Shown here in pieces: positions 25,482 to 39,117 of a stretch of 64,000 nt of DNA; the stretch's first letter is position 1, and each line of letters opens with the position of its first letter. The notes beneath the pieces were generated by a model. It made no database searches. It was not told the DNA's origin and saw only the letters and a list, made by a program, of their open reading frames with translations. The stretch comes from Lepidodermella squamata (Eukaryota > Animalia > Gastrotricha). The position numbers and the translations under genes are program-made. The DNA lies in the NCBI GenBank assembly GCA_047495785.1, contig JBLDXI010000023.1, forward strand, positions 434,001 through 498,000, given 5' to 3'.

Positions 25482-28146
25482 CATAGACAACTCTATATAG
25501 ATCGGAAAGTAACGATCTTTCCGAGTAAATAAATTCACACCAAAACGTGAAAATCCGGGCACGCGACCTTTATTTTTATTCACTCATCGCCCTATCCGCC
25601 CATTGTAAAACTTTCGATTTTTTATTATTTTTAAAAATTACCAGAGAAAATCTTTCATTTCCTACTAATTTCAAAGACATATTCCGGAATGCTAGAAGCG
25701 CTTCTCTAACGAATGAGTCACGTCTCATGAGACGGTTTTTCTTCCAACTTTTAAAAATTGTCTCAAAGTTCGTCACTTTTAAGAAATATCGAGTCTTTCA
25801 GGGCGGTACATTTTTTTATTTTACGCCGAAAAATTCCGATAAAAATACTATGATCTTATTTAATTATTGCTCTGTCATCATCATCATCATCATTTTATTC
25901 GTAAATAAATATTTACAGGATTAGAAGGGCAGGCCACTTACACTAACCCGATTAGTTGTCATATAGTGTTCTATTTTTTGATATTAAGTTTCCTTTACAG
26001 TATTGCAAAAAATTTACACGATTAAGATTATTTTTAAATAAAGCATTCTTCGTAGTAAGAGGTAGGCTATCATCGAAGTCAAAAATATGAGGCGGTAAAC
26101 GATTCCATATATTTACAATACGATTTAAGAAGTAATTTTTATATATAGGCTTCGTAGGATTTTTAAAGTTATTATTAGGGTTAAGTACATTAAATCTGAA
26201 CCGATGACCACGATTATTATTTTGCACAACAATTATATTATTTTTGATGGTTGTTTGCACGGACCCGTTAATAATTTTAAATAAGAAGCAAAGGTCGTAG
26301 ATAAGGCGTCGTTCTTCGAGGGATTTAATATTCAGAATATTGAGGCGCTGTATATAATTCGGCCTAGAGTAGTTAATAGTTGAGAATCCAAGAGCACGGC
26401 GAGTGAAATTAGCTTGTACTTTCTCAATAAGATCAATTATTGTTTTCAGACAGGGTGACCATACAGTTGTGCAATATTCCAATAATGGCCTAACATATAC
26501 ACAGTAGGCCCATTTGAGGATATGAGGAGGTTGGCCTTTCAGGGCCCTGAGAATAAGGTTAGCCCGATTGTAGGCTTTAGAAATTATATCATTAATGTGA
26601 GATTTAAAATTCAACCTATCATCAACTATCAGACCCAAATCTTTATAGCTTGAGCACTTTTTAAGAGGTGAGCCACCGAGGACGTAAGTAGAATGAGGAT
26701 TTTTTGGGCCCAGGTGCAGTACGGCACACTTTTCCAGCGATAACTTTAGTTGCCAAGTTGTGATCCACTTGAATAAATTATTGAGCGATAAAGATAGGCT
26801 TAGAGGCGGAGTCATCGTCACGATAGAAAAGAACGTAAAGCTTACAATCGTCAGCGAAGAGTTTGATCGAGACACCTTTCGGTAGGGAAGAGGTGAGATC
26901 ATTTATATAGATAAGGAATAATAGAGGATCAAGTACCGAGCCTTGAGGTACCCCACTAGAAACAGAACTTTCACTACTTAACGTGCCATTAACGTTAACT
27001 TGCTGAGAACGTTCGGTAAGATAAGAAGACAGCCAATTTATAAGGTTTCCGGAGACACCTAGCGATTCAAGTTTCATAAGCAGTTTTCTGTGGCAAACAG
27101 TGTCGAAAGCTTTAGCTAGGTCAATATATACTATATCCACACAATTCGAACTTTCAATGGCGAAAGACCAGTCGAGGAAACATTCTAACATTTGCGTTGC
27201 AGTGGATTTAAGCCTCATGAAGCCATGTTGTTCAGCTGAAATAATATTATGGTAAAGAAGATAGTCTAATAAGTTATTACGAATAATAGTTTCCATTATT
27301 CTACATGGCGTAGGAGTAAGCGAGATTGGCCTGTAATCAGCAGGATTTTTTGAGTTTCCTTTTTTTGGAATGGGCGTGACGAAGGCTTTTTTCCAAGACT
27401 TAGGAACGTGACCTTGAGACAATGAGAGGGAGAAAATATGAGTCAGAGGTTTAGCTATAGAAGAGCCTAATTTTTTGAAGAAGACAGTAGGAAGGCCATC
27501 TGGGCATATCGAATGAGAATCAGACAGGTTTAGAATAATTTCAAGAGTAGAGTCTTCGTTAAAATTCAAAGATGCGAGACAGTCATTAATACTACTCGTA
27601 AATTGAGGGGTCAAATTATCATCAAGAGTGAAGACAGAGGAGAATTGGTCATTTAGAGCCTCGGCTTTTTCGCGGTTTTCAACACATAGAACACCAGAGC
27701 TATTAAGAAGAGGAGGAATTTTTGAGTGATCGCCTAATTTAGAATTTACAAAGCTGTACAAAGCTGTCCAACGATATTAAACTTGAGCAAATCGGATTTT
27801 GTTTGAATTCTGCGAACGCGTGATAGTACTCTTTCAGCATTTCAGCAATTTTGTAGCTATTTTTAGCTCGCTCAGATTATTATCACCCGAACGCGTACGT
27901 GACAATTTTGCGGAATTCAAACAAATTCTGATTTGCTCCGTTCTCTATGGCTTCTAGTATTCCGGAATATTTTTTTGAAATTAGTAGGAAATGAAAGGTT
28001 TTCTCTGGGAAAATTTTTGAAAATAAACTAAAATGGGCGGATAGGGCGATGAGTGAATAATATAAAGGTCTCTTGCCCACTTTTTGATGTGAATTTATTT
28101 ACTATAGGAAGATCGTTACTTTCCGATGTGTATAGAGTTGTCTATG
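25482..28146. mobile_element. hAT-like non-autonomous DNA element in intron 2 of copy 6 (hosts a LINE)
   Basis: Long imperfect TIRs starting CATAGACAACTCTATA and ending TATAGAGTTGTCTATG. Flanks TTCCTGCT / TTCATGCC match at 6 of 8 (degenerate 8-bp TSD). Confidence 0.8.
25875..27765 (-). mobile_element. 5'-truncated CR1/L2/Jockey-group LINE (reverse transcriptase + C-terminal region, one frameshift)
   Basis: ORF 26778-27761 has the RT motifs [28 protein letters not shown] and FADD. ORF 25952-26902 continues (WQLKLSLEKC, YKDLG, VRPLLEYC) in another frame. The 3' end is AATAAA followed by an (ATG)6 tail. Confidence 0.93.
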
Positions 28147-30118
28147 TTCATGCCTTACGACATACGTAACAATAACTTATCCGAACAGTGAGGACGGGAA
28201 CGAAAGGGGTAGGTAGGGGGTATTTCAGACTAGAAAAACCTCAAATGCATTGGCATCATTCGTAATTTCATTTCATTTTCACCAGAAATTTGTTACCTAT
28301 GTAAAAACTGGGAATGTTTCCGCTGTTCGCGAGATGATTCGACTCAATCAAGCTCGCGGTGACGCTCTTTTTATGGAACAACATAGCGAATACGACGCGT
28401 CAGCATGCGCCATCTGGCTTTGGGAGCAACCCATCCCTGCGGTGGCTGCCGCTTTCGGCGTTTCAAGACCTTCGTCAGAAATTCTTCAACTTCTACTCGA
28501 AAACGATGGAGATGCTAATGCGATTCATCCACAGTTCAAAAAATCAGCTCTTATGCTTGCCGTTGAACAAGATCGCCTTGATCTGATCGAGCTACTTGTC
28601 CAATACGGAGCAGACGTTGATTTGGAAGTGAATGGAAGAACGGCGATTCTCGACGCTGTTTCCAAGAATCTCGAAATCGTGCAATACCTCATTTCGCAGG
28701 GAGCTTCAAAAAACGTGGATAAAATCATTTTCGAAGCTTGCCGGATCACCTCAGTGCCGGCTCTTCCCATGGTGAATTTAACCATCGAGGAAGCTGGAAA
28801 TTTTGTTACCGACAAGGATACTGAAGGCAGGACCCCTTTTGCGGTGGCAGCCATGTACTTGAAATCGCCAGATCGCGTTCAAGTTTACGAATATCTACTG
28901 TCAAAAGGGGCCGATGTTAATGTCAGGATAAATTCAACCGGATACCGAAGTTATACCCTGCTACATCATGCAGCACGTGTAAATGACTCTGTCTTGGGGA
29001 AATTTCTAATCCAAACGGCCGGCGTTGGCATTGAAGAACGCGAATCAACTGGCAAAACTCCGCTGATGATTGCTGCTTCCAGCAACAATGCCAAAACCCG
29101 GACAAAAAAGTTTGCGTAAATTAACATTGTAAATTCCTGTATTTTGGGGTATTTTGCAGTTTATTTGGGTATTTTCATGTAAGCAGATCAGGAACCAGCT
29201 CAGCGATCCGGAATTCAGCGTTGTAAACCAGGGTTTTTCGTTTTTCGGCCGAAAAACTTCATGGAAATTCGTGTGAACCATGAAATTCGGTCTTGTAAAC
29301 TCATGGATTTTCGTCCTTCAGTTATTTCTTCGATGTATTTCAATGGAAGCTGGACGATTTTTCGACTGGAATATCCTCACATCATTTTACATCATGGAAA
29401 AGACGTTGTAATCTCATGTAGGAAGATCGATTGAATAAAAAGTAAATAAATTTTTAAAATTCAGTCGATATAACCCTAATTTTACTGCTCGAATTTTCAA
29501 GTACGAGCCGCAATTGACATTACATGAAATTACACGATCGGAAATTTCACGGAATTTCAAGGAAACTTCGGTTCATTGTATTTCTTATTATTGTATTGTA
29601 TTTCTTGTATTCTGGAGAAATCTGAGTAGTTACACTAAAATACACAAAGGAAAAAATAAGATATACTGGCAATTTTGAGCTCAAAAATCACCGTGTAAAT
29701 TCATGTAGACTGGTTGTGTAAATAACGATTCGATAAATAGCAAATTTTTCACAAATTTCAGGTAAGTTTCGGAGGAAAACAGAATTTAGGTGATTTCAAT
29801 TACGCCAAAATGTTAAAAATTCGGGCGAGTTGAATCTTAGTTGATTTCGGCTCATTTGAACGCTGCTGTTAAATCGTGTGCTGAGAGCACAAGTAATCAG
29901 ACGGCTCAAAATCGTAGTCAATTATTGGGACGATTTTCGAAAAATGACATATACGAGTGCGCCGATTTTTATATGATTTGTATATTTCAGGTGAAATCCG
30001 CGTCAATTCAGTTAATTTGGTTACAAAGTCAGCTGGTTTTCAAAACTGACTGAAAAACTCATAAATTTTCTCTGATTTGCTGTTTCACGTTTGAATTTTT
30101 CGAAAATATCAGAAGTTC

Positions 30119-31099
30119 GCTCAATTCCGGGCCCCCCTTAGTTTCGTGCGGCCCCCAACATTAATTGCGCAACCAGAGGGTAAAAATGGACTTGTGCGCG
30201 AGCGCTAAGTCGAAAATCTTCAAAATTTCACAGCCGCGCGCGCCTATGTCAAAAGGCTAGTTTTGACTTTTCGTGCGGTTTTTATACCAAAATAAAGGTC
30301 AGACAATTCTCTATCGAATAGATATAGTCTACTCGCGTGAAAAAATTAATAGGAAACAGTTTTACGTGCACACCAAATTTCTGCAACGAAGTGCGCACGC
30401 TCTCACCCTGCGCGCGAAATCTAAGGTGCACGTAAAACTTTTTCCCATTAATTTTTTCACGCGAGAACACCATATTCAATCGATAGAGAATTGTCTGAAT
30501 TTTTTTTTGGTATAAAAACCGACGCGATATTTGAAAGTAATCCTTTAACATCTTTGCGCGCGGTTTTAAATTCGTTAAAAATCATGACTCTGCAAATTTA
30601 ACCTCGCGCGACTAAAGCGCGCTGGCTAAGTCATGATTTTTAACGAATTTAAAACCGCGCGCAAAGATGTTAAAGGATTACTTTCAAATATCGCGTCGGT
30701 TTTTATACCAAAAAATAATTTAGACAATTCTCTATCGATTGAATATGGTGTTCTCGCGTGAAAAAATTAATGGGAAAAAGTTTTACGTGCACCTTAGATT
30801 TCGCGCGCAGGGTGAGAGCGTGCGCACTTCGTTGCAGAAATTTGGTGTGCACGTAAAACTGTTTCCTATTAATTTTTTCACGCGAGAACATCATATTGAC
30901 TCGATAGAGAATCGTCCGACCTACATTTTGGTATAAAAACCGCCTACATTATAAAAAGTAGCCTTTTGACATTAGCGCGCGCGGCCCTAAAATTATTAAA
31001 AACTTCGACTTGGCGCTCGCGCACAAGTCCACTTTTACCTTCTGATTGCGCAATTAATGTTGGGGGCCGCACGAAACTAAGGGGGGCCCGGAATTGAGC
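30119..31099. mobile_element. Foldback/MULE-like palindromic element (981 bp) nested in the CMC-like element
   Basis: Inverted arms of about 470 bp (GCTCAATTCCGGGCCCCCCTTAG...CTAAGGGGGGCCCGGAATTGAGC). Perfect 9-bp TSD CAGAAGTTC at 30110-30118 and 31100-31108. Confidence 0.9.
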
Positions 31100-34000
31100 C
31101 AGAAGTTCGGCAATATTGCTCTGAAATGTTTTTTTTTTCAATCTTGCGACCCCCGAGCTATTCTAAATTATTCGAGTTTTTCAGCGACTGATAATTTCAA
31201 AAAATCTTACTATAGATGGATAGAAAAAACACGTTAAATGTACGGAAATTTGGATAACAATTATTTGTTTAATTATTTCAATTCTATGGGACAATTCGTC
31301 CGCGGTAAAGTCGTCCAAAACAGCCCCAAATTTACAAAGAAACGTTTATTTCGAATCGAGGATGACTGGCGAATGGACGAGCTGATCGCCGATGAGGTGA
31401 AGCACCACCTAAATTTCTGATTTGACCTCGGGCGAAATTGATATTTTATATTTATTTATATTTATATGGAAAATCGGCATGAATTTCGGTTATGATATTA
31501 GAAAAAGAACAATGCTTCAGCATGAATTATGCATTGTAATATAGGTCAATTATAATTCAAAAAAGATTGGTGACGAGTGAAGAGCATGAAGAAAATTTCA
31601 AGTGGAAAAATAAAAATAAAAGAATTGAATAAATTCAGAATAAATTTTTCTCGGAAATTGGTGATAAATGGGAGAATCGGTCTCTGATCATAATTTGGCA
31701 CAATGTTAATAGCATGGCACGCTGGAGGTAAATTTTGCAGGTGAAAGTGCCAAATTCAAAATCATTTTCAAAACGTCCTTGCAGCAAAATCGCTATCATA
31801 ATTGTAATTAAAACATTTTAATTATCGGTTAAAAATTAAAATAAAATATTTATGGATACGCAATTTCTCAAAATCCAAAAGCGCTTAAATAACCTTGAGG
31901 TTTAAATTAATTTTATTATAATTTAAATTTAATTTCGCATTAAGTAAAATTTAAGACAGCAATTCCAAGATTGCGGCCAGAAATGAGCAAGCCCCTAGAA
32001 AATTTACCTGTTGTCGTAAAAAATTCCTTTAAATGTGTAATGATTGAAATTGGACCGAAGAAAAATGTTAAAAATTTAAAATAAAAACAATTTTAAATAA
32101 TGCGCTGACCATTGTTACGTGACATCTGGCACGTGCGCCTTAGGACAAACTAAGTGGAGCGAGAGCCACACAGTTAGTCGCGATTTTTTTCGTCGTTTGA
32201 AAGCAGGTCATTTTTATTCGAAGCAGCTCGCTTGTTAATTGAACATTACCGGCTGGTCGACGCTGTTTCCATGGTCAAAGGTGATCAGGCAAAGCAAATA
32301 AATCTCTAAATTTATTTATTGCCCGCTATGGTGGCGGTGCAATGGCAGCGCATGAGCGACCGGACCATTCAATTTACCGGAACGGCCCCGCGGCTAATCC
32401 AGCCTGTCCAGGCCAGCTTTACTCGTCTACCTGAGTAAGTAATAATTTCGACAGGTAATTCCAACGTAGATGACTCGCATTCGTGCTTACTAATCCTATT
32501 TTTCGACCCTCGGCTTAAATAGCATAATTTCAGTCATTATCAGTATCTTAAATTGTTCAAATTTGCCATCTCCATCGTAGCTGCTTAGACTTGTTTCCAA
32601 GGAATTATTTCAAATTTTCAGAATATTTTATTCACAAAATTATGAATAATACAGCGTTTCCTAAAAGTTGCGCAAATATTTTTTCATTTCAAAACGTTTT
32701 GAAGGAATTTCAACTAATTTCTAAAAATTGAACCAACCGAGAGAATATTCCAACTTTTTTCCGCGATTTAACCAAAGATATAAAAAATTTATTACCGGAG
32801 AAAACCCGGATGGCAACTGATTCGTTAGTTCTCGGTATTTAACCCGGTCGGACCAAATTTCTCCTGAATTTTTAAACTCCATTAAAAAGTGACATACTAT
32901 TCTCATGATTTTTTAATTTTTCTAAAAATTGTGATTACTATTCTCGTGATTTTTTAATTTTTCTAAAAATTGTCTAACCTTGAGATGTGACTTCAAGGTT
33001 AATAACGGCTCAACATTTCATTTCCAACAAAACACTCATTTTCATATTTTATTAAAAATAAATAATTAATCCATTTTTCTGAAACTTTATAGTCTGTCAG
33101 CGATTCCCTCGATTTCGCGCATCTCGAATTTCCTGCAACGTGGTGAGTTAAAATCTACCTTAAAATAAGTGAGTAATTAAATTGATAATTCGCATTTTCA
33201 CTCTTGCCGAATTTTGCTATGGAGCTGTGGAACGATAGCGTCGTTGAGAAAACAAACTACACAATGAAGGTGACCATTTCCGGCAATTCTTGAGATCATT
33301 TATAATCGAAAGAATTAATGATAAATGCTATTTTAATTTCCAGGCGATTCAAGCTTGCACTCACCTTCATCAGGCTAGGTCAAGCGTTGGACAAGAGACT
33401 CGAGGCAAGAAACATGACTTGAAAACAGCTTTAAAAGGTGAGTTTACTAATCGGAATTAGCATGCAAATATTCAAAATAAATTATGAAAACATTTGTTCT
33501 GATAATTTCTGCATCAATTTTGAAAGCAAAATTAAGAAAAATTCCCGATTAAAATATTTCTTGGACTGATCCCTGCAAATAATCGATTATCGGTCCTGAG
33601 TAGAATTGAGGAGCTTGATATATCTTTGGCGGACATAGTCATCCCATTCAGTTGATTTGTAAAACTTTTAATTTTCAGGGATGTAATTGCTCGGCCGCTG
33701 AAGCTGATTAAGAAAATTTCCTGATGCTGCTGATTTTAAAATTCAGGTGATCATACGTCGATGACACGTTGCTACTACAACTACATTTTCGGTTACTTTC
33801 AGCTGAATCCTGTTGCAACCATGAACTGAAGCTGTTCATTTTAGGCTGAATTTCTGGCTGTTCGTCATGGGTCATTGGTCACATTTTAGCGCAAAAGATG
33901 CGCCAAGGAACAGATAATAAAATAACGATTTTTCTCGATTTCATTTCTTTCCGCAAAATCTGTGAAGTTGACATTTTTTTGAAAAATGTTGTTGATGTGA

Positions 34001-34237
34001 AAAGCGTCATTTCTGTGAAAATTGCTATTTTCTCTTGCTGTTTTCATGCTGCCAATTCTCTGCTTATCACACTATTTTTCTCGATTTTTTTCCCATTTTT
34101 GCGAATTTTGTGTGAAAAATGTGTTTTCCTACGTTTTGCTGTGCCTGTGGTTACACGGAATTACACGATGTTCCTCGACTTTTTGTGCCATTTTCGCGCA
34201 GTCTGTGTGAAAAATGCTATATTTTTGAGCCATCTCT

Positions 34238-34480
34238 CTGCGCTTCCACGGAATTACACGGAGTTGTGAGTCTGGTTGATTTCGCCGGAAACGCTGGAAA
34301 AACTTGTCTTGACTTGCTTTTCTCGGCTGAATCTTCTTACATGAGTTTACAACGGCGAAATGTCGTTGGAAACTTAAGTTTGACGATTCAGCTGGGAGAA
34401 GCAAGTCAAGACAGGTTTTTCCAGCGTTTCCGGCGAAATCAGCCAGACTCACAACTCCGTGTAATTCCGTGGAAGCGCAG
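34238..34480. repeat. Inverted repeat/hairpin (arms about 95 bp) near the right end of the CMC-like element
   Basis: CTGCGCTTCCACGGAATTACACGGAGTTGTGAGTCTGG... is mirrored by ...CCAGACTCACAACTCCGTGTAATTCCGTGGAAGCGCAG. Confidence 0.85.
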
Positions 34481-35755
34481 GGCGAACGGCGGCCAATTAT
34501 GGTCTAAATGTAAATTCGTGTGAGCTGAATCAATAAAATGATCATGTAAATTCATAGGACTCGTTACCATTTCTCCCTGATTTTACAGCAAAATACACGG
34601 ACGTGTTTTCACCCCATTTACACGAGTTTACAACATGAAACTTTTTAGTCCGGGAAGTATTATCAATCTTCTCGTCGATTCGGGAGCGGACCTTACGGCT
34701 GTTGACAGAGATGGCAACAATGCCTTTTTGTTGGGCTGTAAAAACGGCGAAGTGGCTCTCACGCAGGCCAGGCAACTTGCGAATTTCTCAGAGGTTGACC
34801 TCAATTCGCAAAACAAAAACAATGACACGTGTCTCACGCTGATTCGGAAAGACAACGACTTCAAAGGTTTTGCTAAACTTCTTGTCCAGAAAGGCTACGA
34901 CATAAATCGAAAACTTCGGGGAGGGGATACTGTACTGCACATCCTCGCAGCTCGCCCGAACACGGAGACGGAGAATACCCAAGAATTGATTGAAGCTGGA
35001 GCCGATATTAACGCGCTGAATGACGATGGCGATACCCCGCTCGATTTGGCGCGGCGTGCCCCAAATTTACGTGCTACGTATTCTCTGAGAATGGCTGGAG
35101 CTGTTACAGCTCAACCACAAAGAACATGTTTTCCATAAGAAGCTTTAACCACCTCGACTGATGCATCTAATATTCAATTCGATGGGTCTACTGATGTGTT
35201 ACGACTTCTTAAAACCTAACAGACATTTGGATCCGCATAACCATCGTCCTTCGTCCTTTTGCTAGTGTCAGTGATCATGTAAGACCATTTGAATATTAGT
35301 GAAAATAAAAAGAGACAGTAAAATGACAGTAAAATGATTAGTCGGCGAAAAGTGGATGTCTCACAAAGTGGAATAAATTATGACGGCTTTGCCCCGCTTG
35401 ATTTGGCCCTGCTTCCCCGAAATTCCCCGAACATTTATCATAATGAATGTAAAATTCTGAATTATGGTGCGAAACTTCTTCCATGACTTCAGGGGTAAAT
35501 TTTTCTACGCGTTTTTTATTATTTAAACATTGTAAATGTGCATTTTTGAAGCGTTGCGTAAATTGAAAAATCGCAGAAAAACATTCCTTAAGCTGAAAAG
35601 CTAATTGGCATACATAACTAAGGCTGAACACGCACGAGTTTAACATTTTTTTTTATTGCTTAATGATACATGAAAAGCCTTACAGCCGGCATTGTTTTAA
35701 GCGGAGTCTATTTCAAACATTACTTTACTGAGTGTTCGAACCAGTTTTGAAGGCG

Positions 35756-38700
35756 ATGAAATTGATTTATCTATTATTTCTGCATATATGTTTTACGGCT
35801 GCAAGGAAGCCGCCATCGAGGATTGATGACGGCCCGCATAACGTCTACTACGACGCCGTAATACCTATCCCTCTTTTCAGTCTTGAATTAAGTCTTTCAT
35901 GTAGGCTTTCAACCAAGCAGTTGAGTCAGGCCTAATCGCTACAGCTCAGCAATTATTGGATTCCGGACTTGTTAACGCCAATTCAGCTTTCAAGTACTAC
36001 CCGGAAAGACAGCCATTCATCGTGAATGCAGTGAGAACGAATCAAAGCTACGAAATGGTCGATTTTCTCCTGAAAAACGGCGCAAATGTCGACGCAAGGA
36101 ACGAGGGCTACAATGATTCAAAAAATGCCTTTCTGATGGCTGCACGAGTAGGCAGGCTGGATCTAGCGAGACTTCTCGTAGAAAAATACAAAGCTAAAAC
36201 TGATGTCCGAGACTCGGACAATCAGACGGCGTTGATGGTCGCCTTTGATGGCACGATCACCCAAGATTACCTTCGACTAGTTTACTACTTGTTACCATTC
36301 GAATCGCCTGACTCCAGAAACAGGCATGGGAAAACTGCCCTTCATATACTTTGTCGAGTGACAACAACGGATCCATTACCTTTTGCTAAATTGCTGGTAG
36401 AACAGTTCAAAATGGACGTAAATACGAGCGACAACGACGGCAATACCCCCTTGCTACTTGCGGCCAGAACTGGATATTCCATCGCTCTACTTCAGTATTT
36501 GATTGACCAAGGAGCTGATCCACAGGCGAAGAATAACGAAGGCGAAAACATGTTGCTTCAGGCTTGTAGAATCGATCGTGGTATGTTCTTGGCTTTTATT
36601 AAGTTTGCAATTGAAGTAGGCGGCAATGACGTCCATTCGAGGACGAACTTCACCAACTGTCTCTATCACCTTATGTGGCGGCGCAATTCGCAATTTGAAG
36701 AATGGGAACTCCTCGAAATTATGCGATACTTGGCTAGCAAAGGCTATGATTTCAACGCTAAGGATGCAATTTCGGGCTATACTCCACTAATGACTGCAGC
36801 AGCTTCGCTCGATCAAAGGCCTATTCTTGCGGCATTGCTCGACTTGGGAGTTGATGTTAATGCAACTAATGATAAGGGCGAGACTGCTTTAGACTTCGCG
36901 ACGATGTTGGCCGATAACATCAACATTGGGAATTTGAGAAGACGAAATGCTGCTTACGGCAGCGCATTCATCCGATCACCGATTACTCGCCTTACTCTGC
37001 CAACATCAACTCGTCCAGCATCCAGACTTTCGAAGAAAATGGCGTCTATCACGACTTCCAATATTAGGCCATTAACACCTAGCGACGAGGCAATCGATGA
37101 GGGATTACGGCCAATCGTTGGGGCTATTTTCAGGGCAAGATCAACTGTTGCTAAAATGTTGACTTCAACACGCTCTGCAACACAGCGCAGGCAGACGGCG
37201 GCACTCTATGAATTGCAAGAAGAATCCAACACGGTAGGCTGTTCTGTAAAAAAGAGTATATCGCGGGGTGGGCGACAGAGCGACTTGCCTAGAATGGAAA
37301 CAGAAACAGATGGCATTCAATGCACAGAAAATACAGCGTTTTAGTTAATGAGGCACGCGACTAGCTCGGCGAAGATTCAAACAGTTTGTTTACGCCATTT
37401 TTTCCATTCTAGGCAAGTCGTTCAGTCGCCAATCCCGCAATAAAAATATTTGGGTGTAAATTTTCTTACCATCAATTTTGGGACCTTATCCATCAATTTC
37501 GGGCTTTTACCAACGAAACGGAAACCGCCATCAATTTAAATTGATGGTGAATGTCCCAAAATTGATGGCAGAAAGCATTTTCCCCTAAATATTTCTGGAC
37601 ATTAGCATTGATTGTATTCCCTGCAGATGTTACTTGGTTATATAAAAACTGGAAATGTTACTGCTGTTCGCGAAATGACGCGGCTCAATCAAACTCGCGG
37701 GAATGTTCTCTTGATGGAACTTCGTGATGAGTACATCGACGGGTGCCGAAGCCTTGTTTTCGACCAACCTATACCAGCGGTGGCTTTTGCTCTGAGTATG
37801 CGAAACGCTTCGTTTGACATGCTTAAGATTCTACTAGAAAACGATGGCGACGCAAATGCGATTCATCCAGATTTCAAGAAATCCGCTATGATGCTTGCTG
37901 CAGCACAAAATCGTTCTGACCTTGTGAAATTGCTCGTACAATACGGAGCAGATGTTGACTTGGAATTCAATGGCAGAACAGCGATACTCGACGCTGCGGC
38001 TAAGAATCTTGATATCGTTAGATTCCTCGTTTCGCAGGGAGCTTCCAAAAACGTTGATCAAATCATCTTTGTGGCTTGCCGAATCTCCGGTATGCTAGCT
38101 CTTCCCATATTTAAGTTTGCGATTGACGAAGCTGAAAATTCTGTTTCCGACACGGATATACTGGGTAGAACTCCGTTTGCAGTTGCGGCCATGTACTTAA
38201 AATCGCCTGATCGCATTCAAGTCTACGAGTATCTGCTATCGAAAGGAGCCGACGTTGAAGCTAGGATATATTCGGCCGGATACCGAAATTATACATTGCT
38301 ACATCTAGCTGCACGTGTCAGTAACTTTGAACTGGCGCGATTCCTGATCGTAACTGTCGGTGTCAGCCTAGAGGACTGCGAATCAACAGGCAAAACTCCG
38401 TTGATGATTGCTGCTAGTAATAATGCGGAAAGAAAAGTCGATCTTCACATCGATGACGCTGAAGATTTCGGCAACCCTTCATCGATGATTGCAGTTGACA
38501 ACAACGTGGATAAGGTTATCGATCTTCTCGTCGATTCAGGCGCAGATATTTCGGCTGTTGACAATGATGGAAACAACGCTTTTTTGTTAGCGTGCAATAA
38601 TGGCGACTCGACTTTACAGCTCGCCAGACAATTTGCAAACTTCACAGGAGTGAACGTGAATTCACGGAACAAAAAGAACGAAACATGCCTAACCCCAATT

Positions 38701-39117
38701 CTGAAAAAATTCGAATTGAACGGTTTCGCCAAACTACTCGTCGAGAAAGGATACGACATCAATCTAAAATTTCGGAAGGGCGATACCTTTTTGCACATCC
38801 TCGCAGCTGAAGAGACTGCGATGAATATCGGCGAGTTGATTGAAGCTGGGTCCGATGTTAATGCGCTGAATGACGATGGCCATGCTCCGCTTGATTTGGC
38901 AAATTTCTTCCAGAATCGAGAAGCTGCGTATTTACTGAATAATGCTGGTGCTGTTACAGCGCTGCCGGAGATTTCGCAGACAAGAGCCGCTAGCAGGTTC
39001 TCCATTACAACAACTATGATAACTGAAAATAACGATGAAGGCGAGAGGGATACTGATGATGCCATGATGACAAATGAAGACGATGATAAAGGCCTGGGCT
39101 ATTCCGATATGGATTAG
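35756..39117 (+). CDS. Secreted ankyrin-repeat protein, array copy 7 (about 973 aa)
   Basis: Exons 35756-35857, 35905-37233 and 37627-39117. Closest to copy 2 (DGPHNV exon 1). Module B has a partial ANK duplication (MIAASNNAERKVDL...MIAVDNNVDKVIDL). Acidic C-terminal tail. Confidence 0.86.
37261..37441. mobile_element. MITE-like element in intron 2 of copy 7
   Basis: Inverted arms sharing GGCGAC.GA.CGACTTGCCTAGAATGGAAA. Confidence 0.6.

Larger units (their letters stand above)
29097..34654. mobile_element. CMC/EnSpm(CACTA)-like DNA transposon (5558 bp) in exon 3 of copy 6
   Basis: TIRs CCCGGAC(A/T)AAAAAGTTT. 2-bp TSD AA at 29095-96 and 34655-56. Many subterminal TGTAAA/TTTACA repeats at both ends. 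No intact transposase. The superfamily is inferred from the CCC termini and 2-bp TSD. Confidence 0.82.
24045..35138 (+). pseudogene. Ankyrin-array copy 6, exon 3 interrupted by a DNA transposon (probably inactivated)
   Basis: Exons 24045-24128, 24178-25449, and exon 3 as 28286-29096 + 34657-35138. Removing 29097-34654 and one AA copy restores the frame (..NNAK-SIINLLVDSGA..). The remaining frames are open, so the disruption looks recent. Confidence 0.85.

Noticed and set aside
30273-30936. Pairs of near-identical ORFs on opposite strands (also 34119-34523 / 34129-34452)
   Set aside because: Artefacts of DNA palindromes.
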